A stretch of DNA of 64,000 nt from Candidatus Multivorans sp. (GTDB taxonomy: Bacteria; Acidobacteriota; Thermoanaerobaculia; Multivoradales; Multivoraceae). The DNA lies in assembly GCA_965247095.1 (NCBI GenBank), contig OZ251997.1, positions 864,001 to 928,000 of the forward strand, given 5' to 3'. Below, piece after piece: positions 49,301-59,557 of this stretch. The position numbers were made by a program, and so were the translations under genes. How positions within the stretch are numbered: the first letter of the stretch is position 1; each line of letters begins with the position of its first letter. The notes beneath the pieces are model-generated. The model was not told the origin of the DNA, made no database searches, and was given only the letters and a program-made list of their open reading frames with translations.

Positions 49301-51511
49301 GGAGAGTCGCTTTAGGTCGCCTGGTCGACATCGGATGCTACGGCCATGGCCGGAGTGGACTACGTGGAATCGTCCGGAATGCTGACCTTCCCTGTCGGCG
49401 CCACCGAAGAGCGTTTCTCTGTGGGACTGATCGACGACCGGATCGCCGAGGGGAACGAGTACCTCCTGATCATGCTGCGAGATGCCTGGACTGAGGTCGA
49501 CGAGTCTCCGATTGCCGCGACGATTCTCGACGACGACCCGGCGTCCGCGAATGTCGAGCTCACCTTGGATCGGGAGCGGGTCTCCGAGGGCGAGGGACCG
49601 GTTGCGTTGACGGTCACAGCCGCACTCGATAGGAGCGCACGCGGTGTGGACACTGCGGTGGAGGTCGCCTTGTCGAGTAGCGGCGCCTCGGGCACAGTGG
49701 GTTACACCGCCGCGGAGGATTTCGTGCTGACGATCCCCGAAGGGGCGCTTAGCGGCTCCGCGTCGTTCACGCTGAGACCCGAAAACGACCGGGTGGATGA
49801 GTTGGACGAAACGATCGAGGTTTCGGGGACTTCGGTTCTGCCGGTGATTCCGACTTCGCTGCTTCTCGAGGACGACGACGAGCCGTCCAAGTCGATCGTC
49901 CTGGCGGCGTCCCCCGAAGTCATTGCGGAGGACGCGGGGGTACCCCATCCTCGGCGGGCGCGGTCCGGGGAGGCAGGCCGGCGCCGGCCCTGGAACGCCG
50001 ATGCTTCAGGGAGGCGGCTGGTTCGGCGCCTCGGCGCCTGGTGCCCCAATGCCGGCCGGCGTCAGCTCGATGCGCGGAAACGAGCTGGGGGGCATGGCTC
50101 CTTCGGCTTGTCGGGCTACGGTGGCGGACCGTCACCGATGAGCCGGATGTTCGGCGGTAGCGCCCTGAGCAGTTTGGCGAGCCCCAGCCGGCTTCCGGGC
50201 TGGGGCGGCCCGGGGCGGAGTTCCTCGCTCAGCCGCTACCAGGGGGACCAGAGATGGGATCTGTTGGCGCGGAGTTCCTTCAGCCTGTCTTCGTCGGCCG
50301 GCCCGAGGGAGGGCGGCGATGGTGTTGCCGCCGGCAACTTGACCGCCTGGGGCCGGGGTGCGGTGACGGACTTCCGGGGCGACGAAAACGACCTGTCGGT
50401 AAGGGGCGAGGTCGTGACGGGCACGGTCGGTGTCGACTACGAACGCGGAAGGTGGCTGACCGGGCTCGCGATGGGTCTCAGCCGCGGCCGGGGCGGTGTC
50501 GGCGGCAACAGCGACTCCGGGCTCGAGGCTTCCCTGACGACTGCCAATCCTTACGCGAGAATCCGGATCGGAGAGAACCTGATGCTGTGGGGCGTCCTGG
50601 GCTATGGCCGCGGCGAGTTCTCGATGACCGAGGACGGTACGACCACCCGGACGGACCTTTCGCTGACCATGGGCGCCCTTGGATTCCGCCGTGACCTGGT
50701 GTCGTCGGCTCGCGGCTTCGGTCTGGGCCTCAAATCCGACGTGTTCCTGGCCCAGATCGATGCGGACGCGGCGCCGGGCTTGGCGGCTGTAAGCCAGGAC
50801 GTGAACCGCGTGCGTCTGGCCCTGGAGACCTCGTACAGCCGGTCGTTCGGCGGTGGCGGGGTGCTGACGCCGTCGTTCGAGATTGGGGTTCGCCATGACG
50901 GCGGTGACGCGGACCAGGGGCGTGGGGTCGAGATGGGCGTCGGCCTTCGCTACACGGACTCCGATCGGGGCCTCAGGATCGAGTTCGCCGGTCGATCCCT
51001 GCTGACCCACCAGGCGAGCGGTTTCGAGGAATGGGGCGGATCAGGTGCCGTGACTCTCGATCCGGGCAAGTCGGGTCGCGGGTTCGCGCTTGGTCTTCGT
51101 TCCTCGTGGGGCGCGTTCCACGGCGGGGTCCAGCAGCTCTTGTCGCAGGGGCGGATGGTCGACCCTGGCGGGCGCTTCGGGCTGCACCAGGGTGGCCGGG
51201 TGGAAGCCGAGGCGGGCTACGGCTTGGGCCGGGCGGCTGGGCGCGTTCTCGTGAGCCCGTTCGGGGTTGTGATGCTGGCCGAAGAAGGTGAACGCGGGTT
51301 CGGCGCCGGCGCGAGCCTCGACTTCGCCCGGATGCTCAGCCTGAGCGTGGAGGTTTCCCGCCGCCGTTCGGTCCGCGAAGAGCCGGAGGACGCGGTGCTG
51401 CTGCTGGGCACGCTGCGGCTTGGGCCCAGGTCGGAGCCAGTGAAACCGGTCCGGGCCAATGCGGCCGAGGCTAGCTCTGCCTCGTTGCCGGCTACGCCAT
51501 CGCGGCGATGA
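46302..51511 (+). pseudogene. Calx-beta repeat autotransporter/adhesin, multiply disrupted
   Basis: Calx-beta repeats (A..G.DY, DD.V.E.DET) and a C-terminal autotransporter barrel (AWGRGA, GVDYERG, LTPSFEIGVRHDGGDA); in-frame TAG at 47292 and 49313, 1-bp deletion at ~49165, rearranged junction at ~49940. Confidence 0.85.
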
Positions 51512-52538
51512 TGCTGCGCGCCATCTGCCAGGTCGAGGATCGGCCTCCCAGATCGGGGGTCAGACTACTGCGCGCCTCGAGGACGGTGGTCACCGCCTGG
51601 TCGATCCGGTCGGCCTCGTCGTCGAGGTCGAAGTGCCTGAGCAGCGCGGTGGCCGGCGTCAGGAGCGGCAGGAGGTTCGCCTGACCGGTGCCGATCAGGT
51701 GCGGTGCGTCGCCGTGAACGGCCTCGAAGACGTGGCAGTCGTCGCCGACGTTGATCGCGTGGCCGGCTGAGATGCCGCCCGCCAGTCCGGTGCCGAGGTT
51801 GCTGATGATGTCGCCGTAGAGATTGTCGGTCAGCAGCACGTCGAACGCGTACGGGTCGAGCACCAGGCGCATGCACGCCGCGTCGACGATGCAGTCGTCG
51901 ATTTCGATGTCGGAGTAGCCGGCGGCGACGGAGCGTACGGTGTCCAGGAAGAGACCGTCGCTCTGTTTCATGATGTTCGCCTTGTGGATGGCCGTGATCC
52001 TCTTGCGGCTGTGGCGCCGGGCGATGCGGAAGGCGTAGTCGGCGATCCGCTGGCAGGCGGCGCGGCTCACGACCTTTATGCTCTCGACCACGCCGTCGAC
52101 GATCTCGTGCTCGATGCCGCGATAGACGCCCTCGGTGATCTCGCGGATCAGCAGTACGTCGAGGTCCGGGTAGCGCGTCGGCAATCCCGGGATCGAGCGG
52201 ATCGGCCTTACGCTCGCCCACAGTCCCAGCATCTGTCTGAGCGCGACGTTCGGGTTTTGGGGCCCTGGTCCGACGCGCACCGCGTCCGGACCGGGGCCGA
52301 TGAGGCGGGTCTTGAGCGCCACCCGGCAGTCGCGGATCATGTCGGCTGCCTCGCGGAGCACCGTTTCCGTGTTCCGGCGCACCGCGGTGGGAACGTCCAC
52401 CCGAACGAAGTCGAAGTCGGTTCCCGCCGCCTCCAGGATCGCGAGCACCGGCGGCGCGGTTTCAGCGCCGATGCCGCTGGCGCCGACGATCAGCGCGACG
52501 CGCGGCGGACCGCCGTTCCGTTCGTCCTTGCCGCTCAT
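51492..52538 (-). CDS. Isocitrate dehydrogenase (NAD-IDH3-like) divergent subunit B
   Basis: NVALRQ, VRPI, REITEGVY, HKANIMK, IVDA, NLYGDIISNL, FEAVHGDAP. Confidence 0.88.
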   Translation of the reverse strand: MSGKDERNGGPPRVALIVGASGIGAETAPPVLAILEAAGTDFDFVRVDVPTAVRRNTETVLREAADMIRDCRVALKTRLIGPGPDAVRVGPGPQNPNVALRQMLGLWASVRPIRSIPGLPTRYPDLDVLLIREITEGVYRGIEHEIVDGVVESIKVVSRAACQRIADYAFRIARRHSRKRITAIHKANIMKQSDGLFLDTVRSVAAGYSDIEIDDCIVDAACMRLVLDPYAFDVLLTDNLYGDIISNLGTGLAGGISAGHAINVGDDCHVFEAVHGDAPHLIGTGQANLLPLLTPATALLRHFDLDDEADRIDQAVTTVLEARSSLTPDLGGRSSTWQMARSIIAAMA

Positions 52539-53572
52539 GGCGTGGCCTCACGCTCCATGGCCACGGCCTCGAGTTCGGCCAGCAGGGCGTCGGTCAGCTC
52601 CGACGTGCTAGCGGTGCCGCCCAAGTCACGGGTGAGCGCCTTGCCCGCGATCAGGAGCCGTTCGACGCCGGCGCGCAGGTGGGCCGCCGCCTCCGCCTCA
52701 CCGACGTAGCGGAGCAGCAGTTCGGCGGAGAGGATCAGGGCGATCGGATTCGCCAGGTCGCGGCCGGCGATGTCGGGCGCCGTTCCGTGGACCGCCTCGA
52801 ACACCCCGCAGCCGTTGCCGTAGTTCGCGCCGGGCACGACGCCCAGGCCGCCGACCAATCCGGCGCAGAGGTCGCTCATCAGGTCGCCGTCCAGGTTGCC
52901 CATGACCAGCACGTCGAAACGGGTCGGGTCTATGGCCAGCTCGAGCGCGAGGTTGTCGAGAGGCAGATAGTCGACCTGGAGGAAGGGGTAGTTCTGCTCG
53001 CACTCCCGGGCGCAGTCCAGGAAGAGGTTGTCCGAGAGCGGGGTGATCGATGCCTTGTGCACGATCGTCAGCTTCTTGCGGCCGTGACTGCGCGCATACT
53101 CGAAGGCGAACTGCATGATCCGCCGGGAGGCGTCCCGGGTGACGATCTTGAGAGCCTCGACCACGCCGTCGACGACCTCGTGTTCGCGGCCGCTGTAGAG
53201 GCCCTCGGTGTTCTCGCGGACGATGATCAGGTCGACGCCTTCGTAGCGGGCGCGGTTGTTGCCGGGCATCGAACGCACCGGCCGCACGCAGGCGAACAGC
53301 TCCAGTGACTGCCGCAACAGGACATTCACGCTGCGCCAGCCGCCGGCCACCGGCGTCTGAAGAGGGCCCTTGATGGCGATCCGGTTGCGCCGGATCGACT
53401 CGATCGCCTCGTCCGGAAGCGGCGAAAGACCCTGGTCGACCGCCGTGCTGCCGGCGATGACCGGTTCCCATTCGATCCGGCCGCCGGTGACGAAGTCGAC
53501 CGCGCGCACCATCGCCTTGCTGACCTCGGGACCGATGCCGTCCCCGGGCAGGAGTGTGACCGAGTACTTCAA
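52535..53572 (-). CDS. Isocitrate dehydrogenase (NAD-IDH3-like) subunit A
   Basis: PGDGIGPEV, KGPLQTP, RSVNVLLRQ (isocitrate-type SxN), RENTEGLY, GDLMSDL, FEAVHGTAPDIAG. Confidence 0.9.
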   Translation of the reverse strand: MKYSVTLLPGDGIGPEVSKAMVRAVDFVTGGRIEWEPVIAGSTAVDQGLSPLPDEAIESIRRNRIAIKGPLQTPVAGGWRSVNVLLRQSLELFACVRPVRSMPGNNRARYEGVDLIIVRENTEGLYSGREHEVVDGVVEALKIVTRDASRRIMQFAFEYARSHGRKKLTIVHKASITPLSDNLFLDCARECEQNYPFLQVDYLPLDNLALELAIDPTRFDVLVMGNLDGDLMSDLCAGLVGGLGVVPGANYGNGCGVFEAVHGTAPDIAGRDLANPIALILSAELLLRYVGEAEAAAHLRAGVERLLIAGKALTRDLGGTASTSELTDALLAELEAVAMEREATP

Positions 53573-53579
53573 CGGGCTG

Positions 53580-55136
53580 CTAGAAGCTCGAGTCGCTCAC
53601 CAGCGCCTCGATCAGGCAGGGTCCCGGCTCGGCGAAACCCCGCTCAAGGGCAGCCGTCAGCTCTTCGCCGGTGCGCACCTGCACGGCGGGCATGCCGAAG
53701 CCTCGTGCCAGATCGAGCCACTCGACCCGCGGCGTGCCGAACTCCGTCAGGTTCAGGCTCTGCGGGCCGAACTCCTCGACCCCGGCCCGTTGCAGCTCAA
53801 CCTGAAGGATGCGGTAGGCGTCGTTGGCGAACACCAGGTTGACGACATCGACTCCTTCCCGGACCTGGCTCCAGAGCGCCTGGATCGTGTACAGGCCGCT
53901 GCCGTCGCCCTCGAGCGTCAGCACCTTGCGGTCCGGGCACGCGATGGCGGCGCCGAGCGACGCTGGCAGGCCGAGGCCGATGGCGCCGCCGTTCTCCTGC
54001 AGGTAGGTGTGGGCGGGGCCGTTCATCGTGGCCGGGTAGAAGGCGGCGCCGGCGGTGATTCCCTCGTCCATCACGATCGCGTTCTCGGGCAGGGTGGCCG
54101 CGACCGCCTGGGCCGCGACCCGGGCGCCGATCGGACCGGTTGGCGTCGGTGGCCGCTCGACCGCGCGGGCCGGCGGCTCTTCCTTGGCGTCGAGCGCGGC
54201 GGCCAGTTCGCAGAGCGCGTGGCCGCTGTCCTCGGTCGGATGGCTCAGGATGACGACTTCCACCGACTCCGGAGTCAAGCGGCTCACTCCGCCCTCGTAG
54301 CCGAAGAAGGCGACGGGATCGAGTGCACCGGCCAGGACCACCGTGTCGATTCCGCCCATGAACTCGACTGCCTGCTCGGGAAAGTAGGGCACCCGCGGGA
54401 GCGCCGGAAGCTGGGGACCACGCTCCATGCGCCCCGAGAACGTCTCGGCGACGAGCCGGCAGCCGGTCGCTTGCTGTACCTTGGCGGCTTCGCGCTGCGC
54501 TCTATCCGTATGGCCGGAACTGCCCAGCATCAGCATCGTGCGCGCCCCCCGGGCGACGGCGGTCCGGGCGCGCTCGACCGCGTCAGCACCGACGCGCGCG
54601 CCGGGTGCGGGGTCGGGTTCGACGATCGGACCATAGGCCTCGTTCCACTGGCAGTCGGTCGGCACGATCAGGGTGGCGATCTGCCCCGGATGGTGCAGGG
54701 AAGCCGAGATGGCGGCGGCCATGTCGCGAGAGATGTGATCGGCCGAGGCGACGGTACGCTGCCAGTCGGAAACTCCCTCGACCAGGCTCTCGACCTTGGT
54801 GTTGAGCGGCGGGTCGTAGTTGCGGTGCCAGGTGGGATGGTGGCCGATCACGTTGACGACCGGCGTGCGGCCGCGCCGCGCGTTGTGCAGGTTGGCGATG
54901 CCGTTCGCGAATCCGGGTCCTAGATGGACCAGGGTCAACGCCGGTTTGCGGGCCATGCGGCCGTAGCCGTCGGCGGCGCCGGTGGCGACACCCTCGAACT
55001 GCGCCAGCACGCCGCGAACGCCCGGAATCTCGTCGAGAGCCGCGACGATGTGGATCTCCGACGTGCCGGGATTGGCGAAGCAGACCTCGACGCCCGCGTT
55101 GGCGGCGGTCCGGATCATGGCCTGGGCGCCGTTCAT
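53580..55136 (-). CDS. ThDP-dependent enzyme (acetolactate synthase large subunit-like / 2-oxoacid decarboxylase)
   Basis: CFANPGTSE, FEGVATGAADGYGRM, HLGPG, GDGSGLYTIQALWS, N..Y.IL. Confidence 0.9.
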   Translation of the reverse strand: MNGAQAMIRTAANAGVEVCFANPGTSEIHIVAALDEIPGVRGVLAQFEGVATGAADGYGRMARKPALTLVHLGPGFANGIANLHNARRGRTPVVNVIGHHPTWHRNYDPPLNTKVESLVEGVSDWQRTVASADHISRDMAAAISASLHHPGQIATLIVPTDCQWNEAYGPIVEPDPAPGARVGADAVERARTAVARGARTMLMLGSSGHTDRAQREAAKVQQATGCRLVAETFSGRMERGPQLPALPRVPYFPEQAVEFMGGIDTVVLAGALDPVAFFGYEGGVSRLTPESVEVVILSHPTEDSGHALCELAAALDAKEEPPARAVERPPTPTGPIGARVAAQAVAATLPENAIVMDEGITAGAAFYPATMNGPAHTYLQENGGAIGLGLPASLGAAIACPDRKVLTLEGDGSGLYTIQALWSQVREGVDVVNLVFANDAYRILQVELQRAGVEEFGPQSLNLTEFGTPRVEWLDLARGFGMPAVQVRTGEELTAALERGFAEPGPCLIEALVSDSSF

Positions 55137-55217
55137 CGAAGCGGCAGGCTAGCAAGCCTTGCGAAAGATCGTGCCGCCAGGGCCTCGGACGCGGGACCGA
55201 GGGGGGCTTCGCGACTC

Positions 55218-55760
55218 TCAGGAGACGCTTGCCTGGGCCGCCTGCGGACGTTCGAGCGGCAGGGCCGTCGTGTGCTTGATCTCGTTCAGCACGATGCTGG
55301 TCAGCAACCGGTCGACGCCGGGTATGCTGGCAAGCTGGTCCGCGAGGATGTGTTCGAGGTGGCGATAGTCCCGGGCCACGATCTTCAGCATGTAGTCGTG
55401 TTCGCCGGTGAGGAAGTGGCACTCGAGCACCTCCGGCAGTCTCAGGACCTTGTTGCTGAACTGCTGTCTGGCGTCCGCCTGGTGGTGGGTCAAGTAGACC
55501 TGCACGAAGCACAGCAGACCCAGGTCCACAGCGTTGCGGTCGAGCAGGGTGACTCGCTGCTGGATCACGCCGCGCCGTTCCAGCTTGCGCAGGCGCTTCT
55601 TCAGGCCCGAGGCGGACAGGCTCACCTCGCGCGCGAGGTCCACGTCGGTTCGATTCGAATCCTCTTGCAGGAGCGCCAGGATGGCGTAGTCGGTGGCGTC
55701 AAGGGGCCGGGTCGGGAAGCGGCTTGACTCCGCTGCCCGCCGAGGGTCGGTCTTGTCCAT
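55218..55760 (-). CDS. Lrp/AsnC family regulator (divergent from the Phe/Tyr catabolic genes)
   Basis: LDATDYAILALLQED, ECHFLTGEHDYMLK, TSIVLNEIK. Confidence 0.93.
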   Translation of the reverse strand: MDKTDPRRAAESSRFPTRPLDATDYAILALLQEDSNRTDVDLAREVSLSASGLKKRLRKLERRGVIQQRVTLLDRNAVDLGLLCFVQVYLTHHQADARQQFSNKVLRLPEVLECHFLTGEHDYMLKIVARDYRHLEHILADQLASIPGVDRLLTSIVLNEIKHTTALPLERPQAAQASVS

Positions 55761-55843
55761 GGGGGCGGAGTCTACACGGACGGGGTTGGGGAGTGCGGAA
55801 TCGACGCTTGTTCGGTCGCGTTGGCTCTGTTAGCGTTCCACTG

Positions 55844-57097
55844 ATGGCGATAGAAGCTCATTCCACTACCGCAACCCCAGAAACGGTACGCGTCTCGGTA
55901 TCCCAAAGAGGGGGGCAGCCGCGGTCGAGAACGCTGCCCATCGCGCCGTGGCTGCAGGGTCGCGAGCGTTCGCTGCTGCGTCGGCTGGTCAATCAGGTCG
56001 CGCGGCCCGGCGTGGTTTCGCTCGCCGGTGGGCTGCCTGCCGTGGAGTTGTTTCCGTCGCAAGCCTACGGCGAAGTGGTGCGCCGGCTGCTGGCCGATCC
56101 GCAGTCCATGCAGTACGTCCCGTCATGCGGGGAACTGAAGGAACGGGTGGTGGAGGTCATGCGACGCCGTGGCGTCGATTGCAGATCGGAGGAGATCCTG
56201 ATCACGACGGGCGCGCAGCAGGCGCTCGATGTCGCCGTTCGTGCGTTCGTGAGTGTGGGTGAGAGTGTCGCCGTCGAGCGCTATGCGTACGCGGGCTTCA
56301 GGGAGGTTCTGGCGCCGCTCCGGCCGCGACTCGTCACTCTGCCGAGCAGCCTGGACGACGGGCTCGATGTCGAGGCGCTCCAGCGCTGCCTGCTCGCCGG
56401 CGTCCGGCCGCGACTGGTGTACGTGATCCCGGATGCGCACAACCCGCTCGGCGTCAGCCTGGCCCGTGAGGCCCGGGAGCGGTTGGTGGTCCTGGCTCAC
56501 GACTATGACTTCGTGATCCTGGAGGACGATCCCTACGGTCTGCTGTGCTGCGACGGCGAGTTCGAGCCCCCGCTCGCGGCCCTCGACTCGGAGCGGGTGA
56601 TCTACGCGGGCACCTTCTCCAAGATCCTGGCGCCGGCGCTGCGCCTCGGCTGGCTGCGACTGCCGGCGTCGCTGGTCGAGACCTTCGCGGCGGTCAAGGA
56701 GATCGGGGACCTCGAGTGCTCCAGGCTGACCGTGCTCGCCGTGGCCCGTCTGCTGGGAGACCTTGACTTCGACCGCCACCTCGAACTGCTGCGATCGACC
56801 TACCGGGGCCGTCGGAACGCGATGATCGAGGCACTTGCCGATCATCTCCCGGCGGGCTGCGCCTTCAGTGAGCCCGGCGGCGGCATGTTCGTGTGGGTAG
56901 AACTGCCCGAGGGGACGGACGGGGAGCAACTGCTCCAGCGGACCCTGGCCGAGCGGAAGATCGCCTTCGTTCCCGCGGCGGCGTTCGCGGACGGTGCAGA
57001 CCGCGCCGCGCCCGGGAACGCGGCCCGCTTGAGCTTCTCGCGCCTGGAGCCGGAGGCTCTGCGCGAGGCGGTGGCGAACTTCGCCGCCTGCATTTGA
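55844..57097 (+). CDS. PLP-dependent class I/II aminotransferase (LysN/ARO8-like)
   Basis: SLAGGLPAVELFP, ITTGAQQALD, HNPLG, EDDPY, GTFSKILAPALRLGW, GGMFVW; start uncertain. Confidence 0.9.
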   Translation: MAIEAHSTTATPETVRVSVSQRGGQPRSRTLPIAPWLQGRERSLLRRLVNQVARPGVVSLAGGLPAVELFPSQAYGEVVRRLLADPQSMQYVPSCGELKERVVEVMRRRGVDCRSEEILITTGAQQALDVAVRAFVSVGESVAVERYAYAGFREVLAPLRPRLVTLPSSLDDGLDVEALQRCLLAGVRPRLVYVIPDAHNPLGVSLAREARERLVVLAHDYDFVILEDDPYGLLCCDGEFEPPLAALDSERVIYAGTFSKILAPALRLGWLRLPASLVETFAAVKEIGDLECSRLTVLAVARLLGDLDFDRHLELLRSTYRGRRNAMIEALADHLPAGCAFSEPGGGMFVWVELPEGTDGEQLLQRTLAERKIAFVPAAAFADGADRAAPGNAARLSFSRLEPEALREAVANFAACI

Positions 57098-57140
57098 GAT
57101 CCTGCCCGGGCCGGACAACGACAAGAAAAGGAGAGAAGGA

Positions 57141-58403
57141 ATGAGACCAGGAGATTGCGCCGCAGAACGCAGCGAAGCGAGTTCAGGGACGCAAGGTCAT
57201 GGTGAGGACGGGATGGGCCGAAACACCGAGCCTGCGAGGCGTTTCGGAGCGGGGGTTACCGAACAGACACAGACCGGGTTTCTTGGTCGAAGCACCGCAA
57301 CCGACGACGACTTCTGTCCGATTCTCGGCTTCGATCATCTGGAACTGTACGTCGGCAACGCGAAGCAGTCGGCTGCCTACTACTGCCATGCGTTCGGTTT
57401 CGAGTGCACAGCGGTGCGGGGACTCGAGACCGGCGAGCGGGCGCGCGCGTCGTACCTGGTGGAGCAGGGCGGTATCCGGTTCCTGTTGACCAGTGCGCTG
57501 CACTCCTCGCACGATGCGGCGCGGTCGGTTCGGCGGCACGGCGATTCGGTAGCGGTGATCGCGCTCTCGGTGCCGAGCGCGGACGAGGCGTTCACCGCCG
57601 CGGTATCGCGGGGCGCGGAGGCCGCGGCGCCACCGGCAACGGCCCGGGATCAGCACGGCGAAGTTCGCCACGCCTCGATCCACCTCTACGGCGACTGCTT
57701 GTTGCAGTTCATGGAGCGCCGGGACTACGGCGGGGCCTTCGGTCCCGGTTTCGAACCGGCGCCGGAAGTCCCCGGCGTCGCGGGCCTCAGGGGCTGCGGC
57801 CTGCTCGCGGTCGACCACGTCGTGGCCAACGTCGAGTTGGGGCGGATGAACGAGTGGGCCCGGTTCTTCTCGCGCGTCCTGGGCTTCAACCAGCTCGTCC
57901 ACTTCGATGACGCGGCGATCTCGACCGAGTACTCGGCGCTCATGTCCAAGGTGATGCAGGACGGTTCGGGGGTCATCAAGTTCCCGATCAACGAGCCCGC
58001 CGAGGGCCGCAGGAAGTCGCAGATCGAGGAGTTCCTCGACTTCCACGAAGGACCGGGCGTGCAGCACATTGCCTGCTGCACGGACGACATCCTGGGCACC
58101 GTGTCTCGGCTGCGCGAGAACGGGGTCGAGTTCCTCAACGTGCCGGGGGCCTACTACGACGACCTCGAGCTGCGGGTAGGGAAGATCGACGAGCCGATCG
58201 ATCGCCTGGCCGAACTCGGCATCCTTGCCGACCGCGACGAGGATGGCTACCTGCTTCAGATCTTCACCAAGCCGGTGGAGGACCGACCGACTCTGTTCTA
58301 CGAAATCATCGAGCGCCACGGGGCGCGGGGCTTCGGCGAGGGCAACTTCAAGAGCCTGTTCGTGGCGCTCGAACGGGAGCAGGCGGCGAGGGGCAACCTG
58401 TGA
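57141..58403 (+). CDS. hppD: 4-hydroxyphenylpyruvate dioxygenase
   Basis: DHVVANVELG, EYSALMSKV, KFPINEP, GVQHIA, LLQIFTKP..DRPTLFYEIIER, GFGEGNFKSLF. Confidence 0.97.
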   Translation: MRPGDCAAERSEASSGTQGHGEDGMGRNTEPARRFGAGVTEQTQTGFLGRSTATDDDFCPILGFDHLELYVGNAKQSAAYYCHAFGFECTAVRGLETGERARASYLVEQGGIRFLLTSALHSSHDAARSVRRHGDSVAVIALSVPSADEAFTAAVSRGAEAAAPPATARDQHGEVRHASIHLYGDCLLQFMERRDYGGAFGPGFEPAPEVPGVAGLRGCGLLAVDHVVANVELGRMNEWARFFSRVLGFNQLVHFDDAAISTEYSALMSKVMQDGSGVIKFPINEPAEGRRKSQIEEFLDFHEGPGVQHIACCTDDILGTVSRLRENGVEFLNVPGAYYDDLELRVGKIDEPIDRLAELGILADRDEDGYLLQIFTKPVEDRPTLFYEIIERHGARGFGEGNFKSLFVALEREQAARGNL

Positions 58404-59557
58404 GCCACTACCTGCGCGCGGGCGAGATCCCGCACAAGCGCCACACCCAGTTCCGCAAGCCCGACGGATCGCTTCACCACGAGGAGGTGATGGGGATCCA
58501 CGGCTTCTCGGGCGTCCAGTCGATCCTCTACCATCTGCATCCGCCGACCGCGATCGAGCGGATCGAGGACCGGATCGGGAACGGTCTCAAGCTGGAGTAC
58601 GCGGGGCCCCTGCGGCATCGCCTGATCCGGGCCGCCGAGACGCCTGAGCAGGGAAACGCGGTGAGCGGTCGGGTGGCGCTGCTCACCAACCGCGACCTGG
58701 TGCTGTCCGTGGTCCGGTTTCGCGAAGCGATGGACTACTGGTACCGCTACGCGCACGGTGACGAGCTGCTGTTCGTGCACGAGGGGCACGGCGTGCTCGA
58801 GACCCAGTTCGGCCGGCTGGAATACCGCCCTGGGGACTATCTCGTGCTGCCCACCGGAGTCATCTGGCGACTCCTGCCGCGGGCGGACGAGCCGCAGCGG
58901 ATGCTCTGTGTCGAAGCCGCCGGCCACATCGAGCCGCCACGGCGCTACGTGAACCGCTACGGCCAGTTCCTTGAGAACTCGCCGTACTGCGAGCGCGACA
59001 TCCGCCCGCCGGAGTGGGTCGAGCCGCAGGACGAGGAAGGCGAGTTCGAGGTGCGGGTCAAGGCCCGCGGCGGCACCACCCGTTACCTGTACCGGCGCCA
59101 CCCGATGGACGTGGCCGGTTGGGACGGCCACCTGTGGCCTTACGCCTTCAACATCGAGGACTTCGAGCCGATCACCGGCCGCGTCCACCAGCCGCCGCCG
59201 GTGCACCAGACCTTCGACGGGCCCGGGTTCGTCGTCTGCTCCTTCGTGCCGCGGCTGTTCGACTACCACCCGCAGGCGATTCCCGCTCCCTACAACCACT
59301 CCAACGTCGATTCGGACGAGGTCATCTACTACGTCGAGGGCGATTTCATGTCGAGGCGCGGAGTGGAACGGGGATCCCTGACCGTGCATCCGAACGGCAT
59401 TCCGCACGGGCCCCATCCGGGCGCCTACGAGGGATCGATCGGCAAGGAGCGCACCGACGAACTCGCGGTCATGGTGGACACCTTCCGGCCGCTGCAGATG
59501 ACGGCTGCCGCGGCCGACCTGGAGGACGAGAGCTATGCCTATAGCTGGCGCGGTTGA
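58400..59557 (+). CDS. hmgA: Homogentisate 1,2-dioxygenase
   Basis: G.IPHKRH, HPMDVAGWDG, HQPPPVHQTF, CSFVPR, PYNHSNVDSDEV, HPNGIPHGPHP, ELAVMVDTF. Confidence 0.95.
   Translation: MSHYLRAGEIPHKRHTQFRKPDGSLHHEEVMGIHGFSGVQSILYHLHPPTAIERIEDRIGNGLKLEYAGPLRHRLIRAAETPEQGNAVSGRVALLTNRDLVLSVVRFREAMDYWYRYAHGDELLFVHEGHGVLETQFGRLEYRPGDYLVLPTGVIWRLLPRADEPQRMLCVEAAGHIEPPRRYVNRYGQFLENSPYCERDIRPPEWVEPQDEEGEFEVRVKARGGTTRYLYRRHPMDVAGWDGHLWPYAFNIEDFEPITGRVHQPPPVHQTFDGPGFVVCSFVPRLFDYHPQAIPAPYNHSNVDSDEVIYYVEGDFMSRRGVERGSLTVHPNGIPHGPHPGAYEGSIGKERTDELAVMVDTFRPLQMTAAAADLEDESYAYSWRG

Noticed and set aside
47292-49315. Amber readthrough or pyrrolysine recoding of the autotransporter
   Set aside because: One of the three TAGs arises from a 1-bp frameshift, and TAG is the normal stop of many genes here
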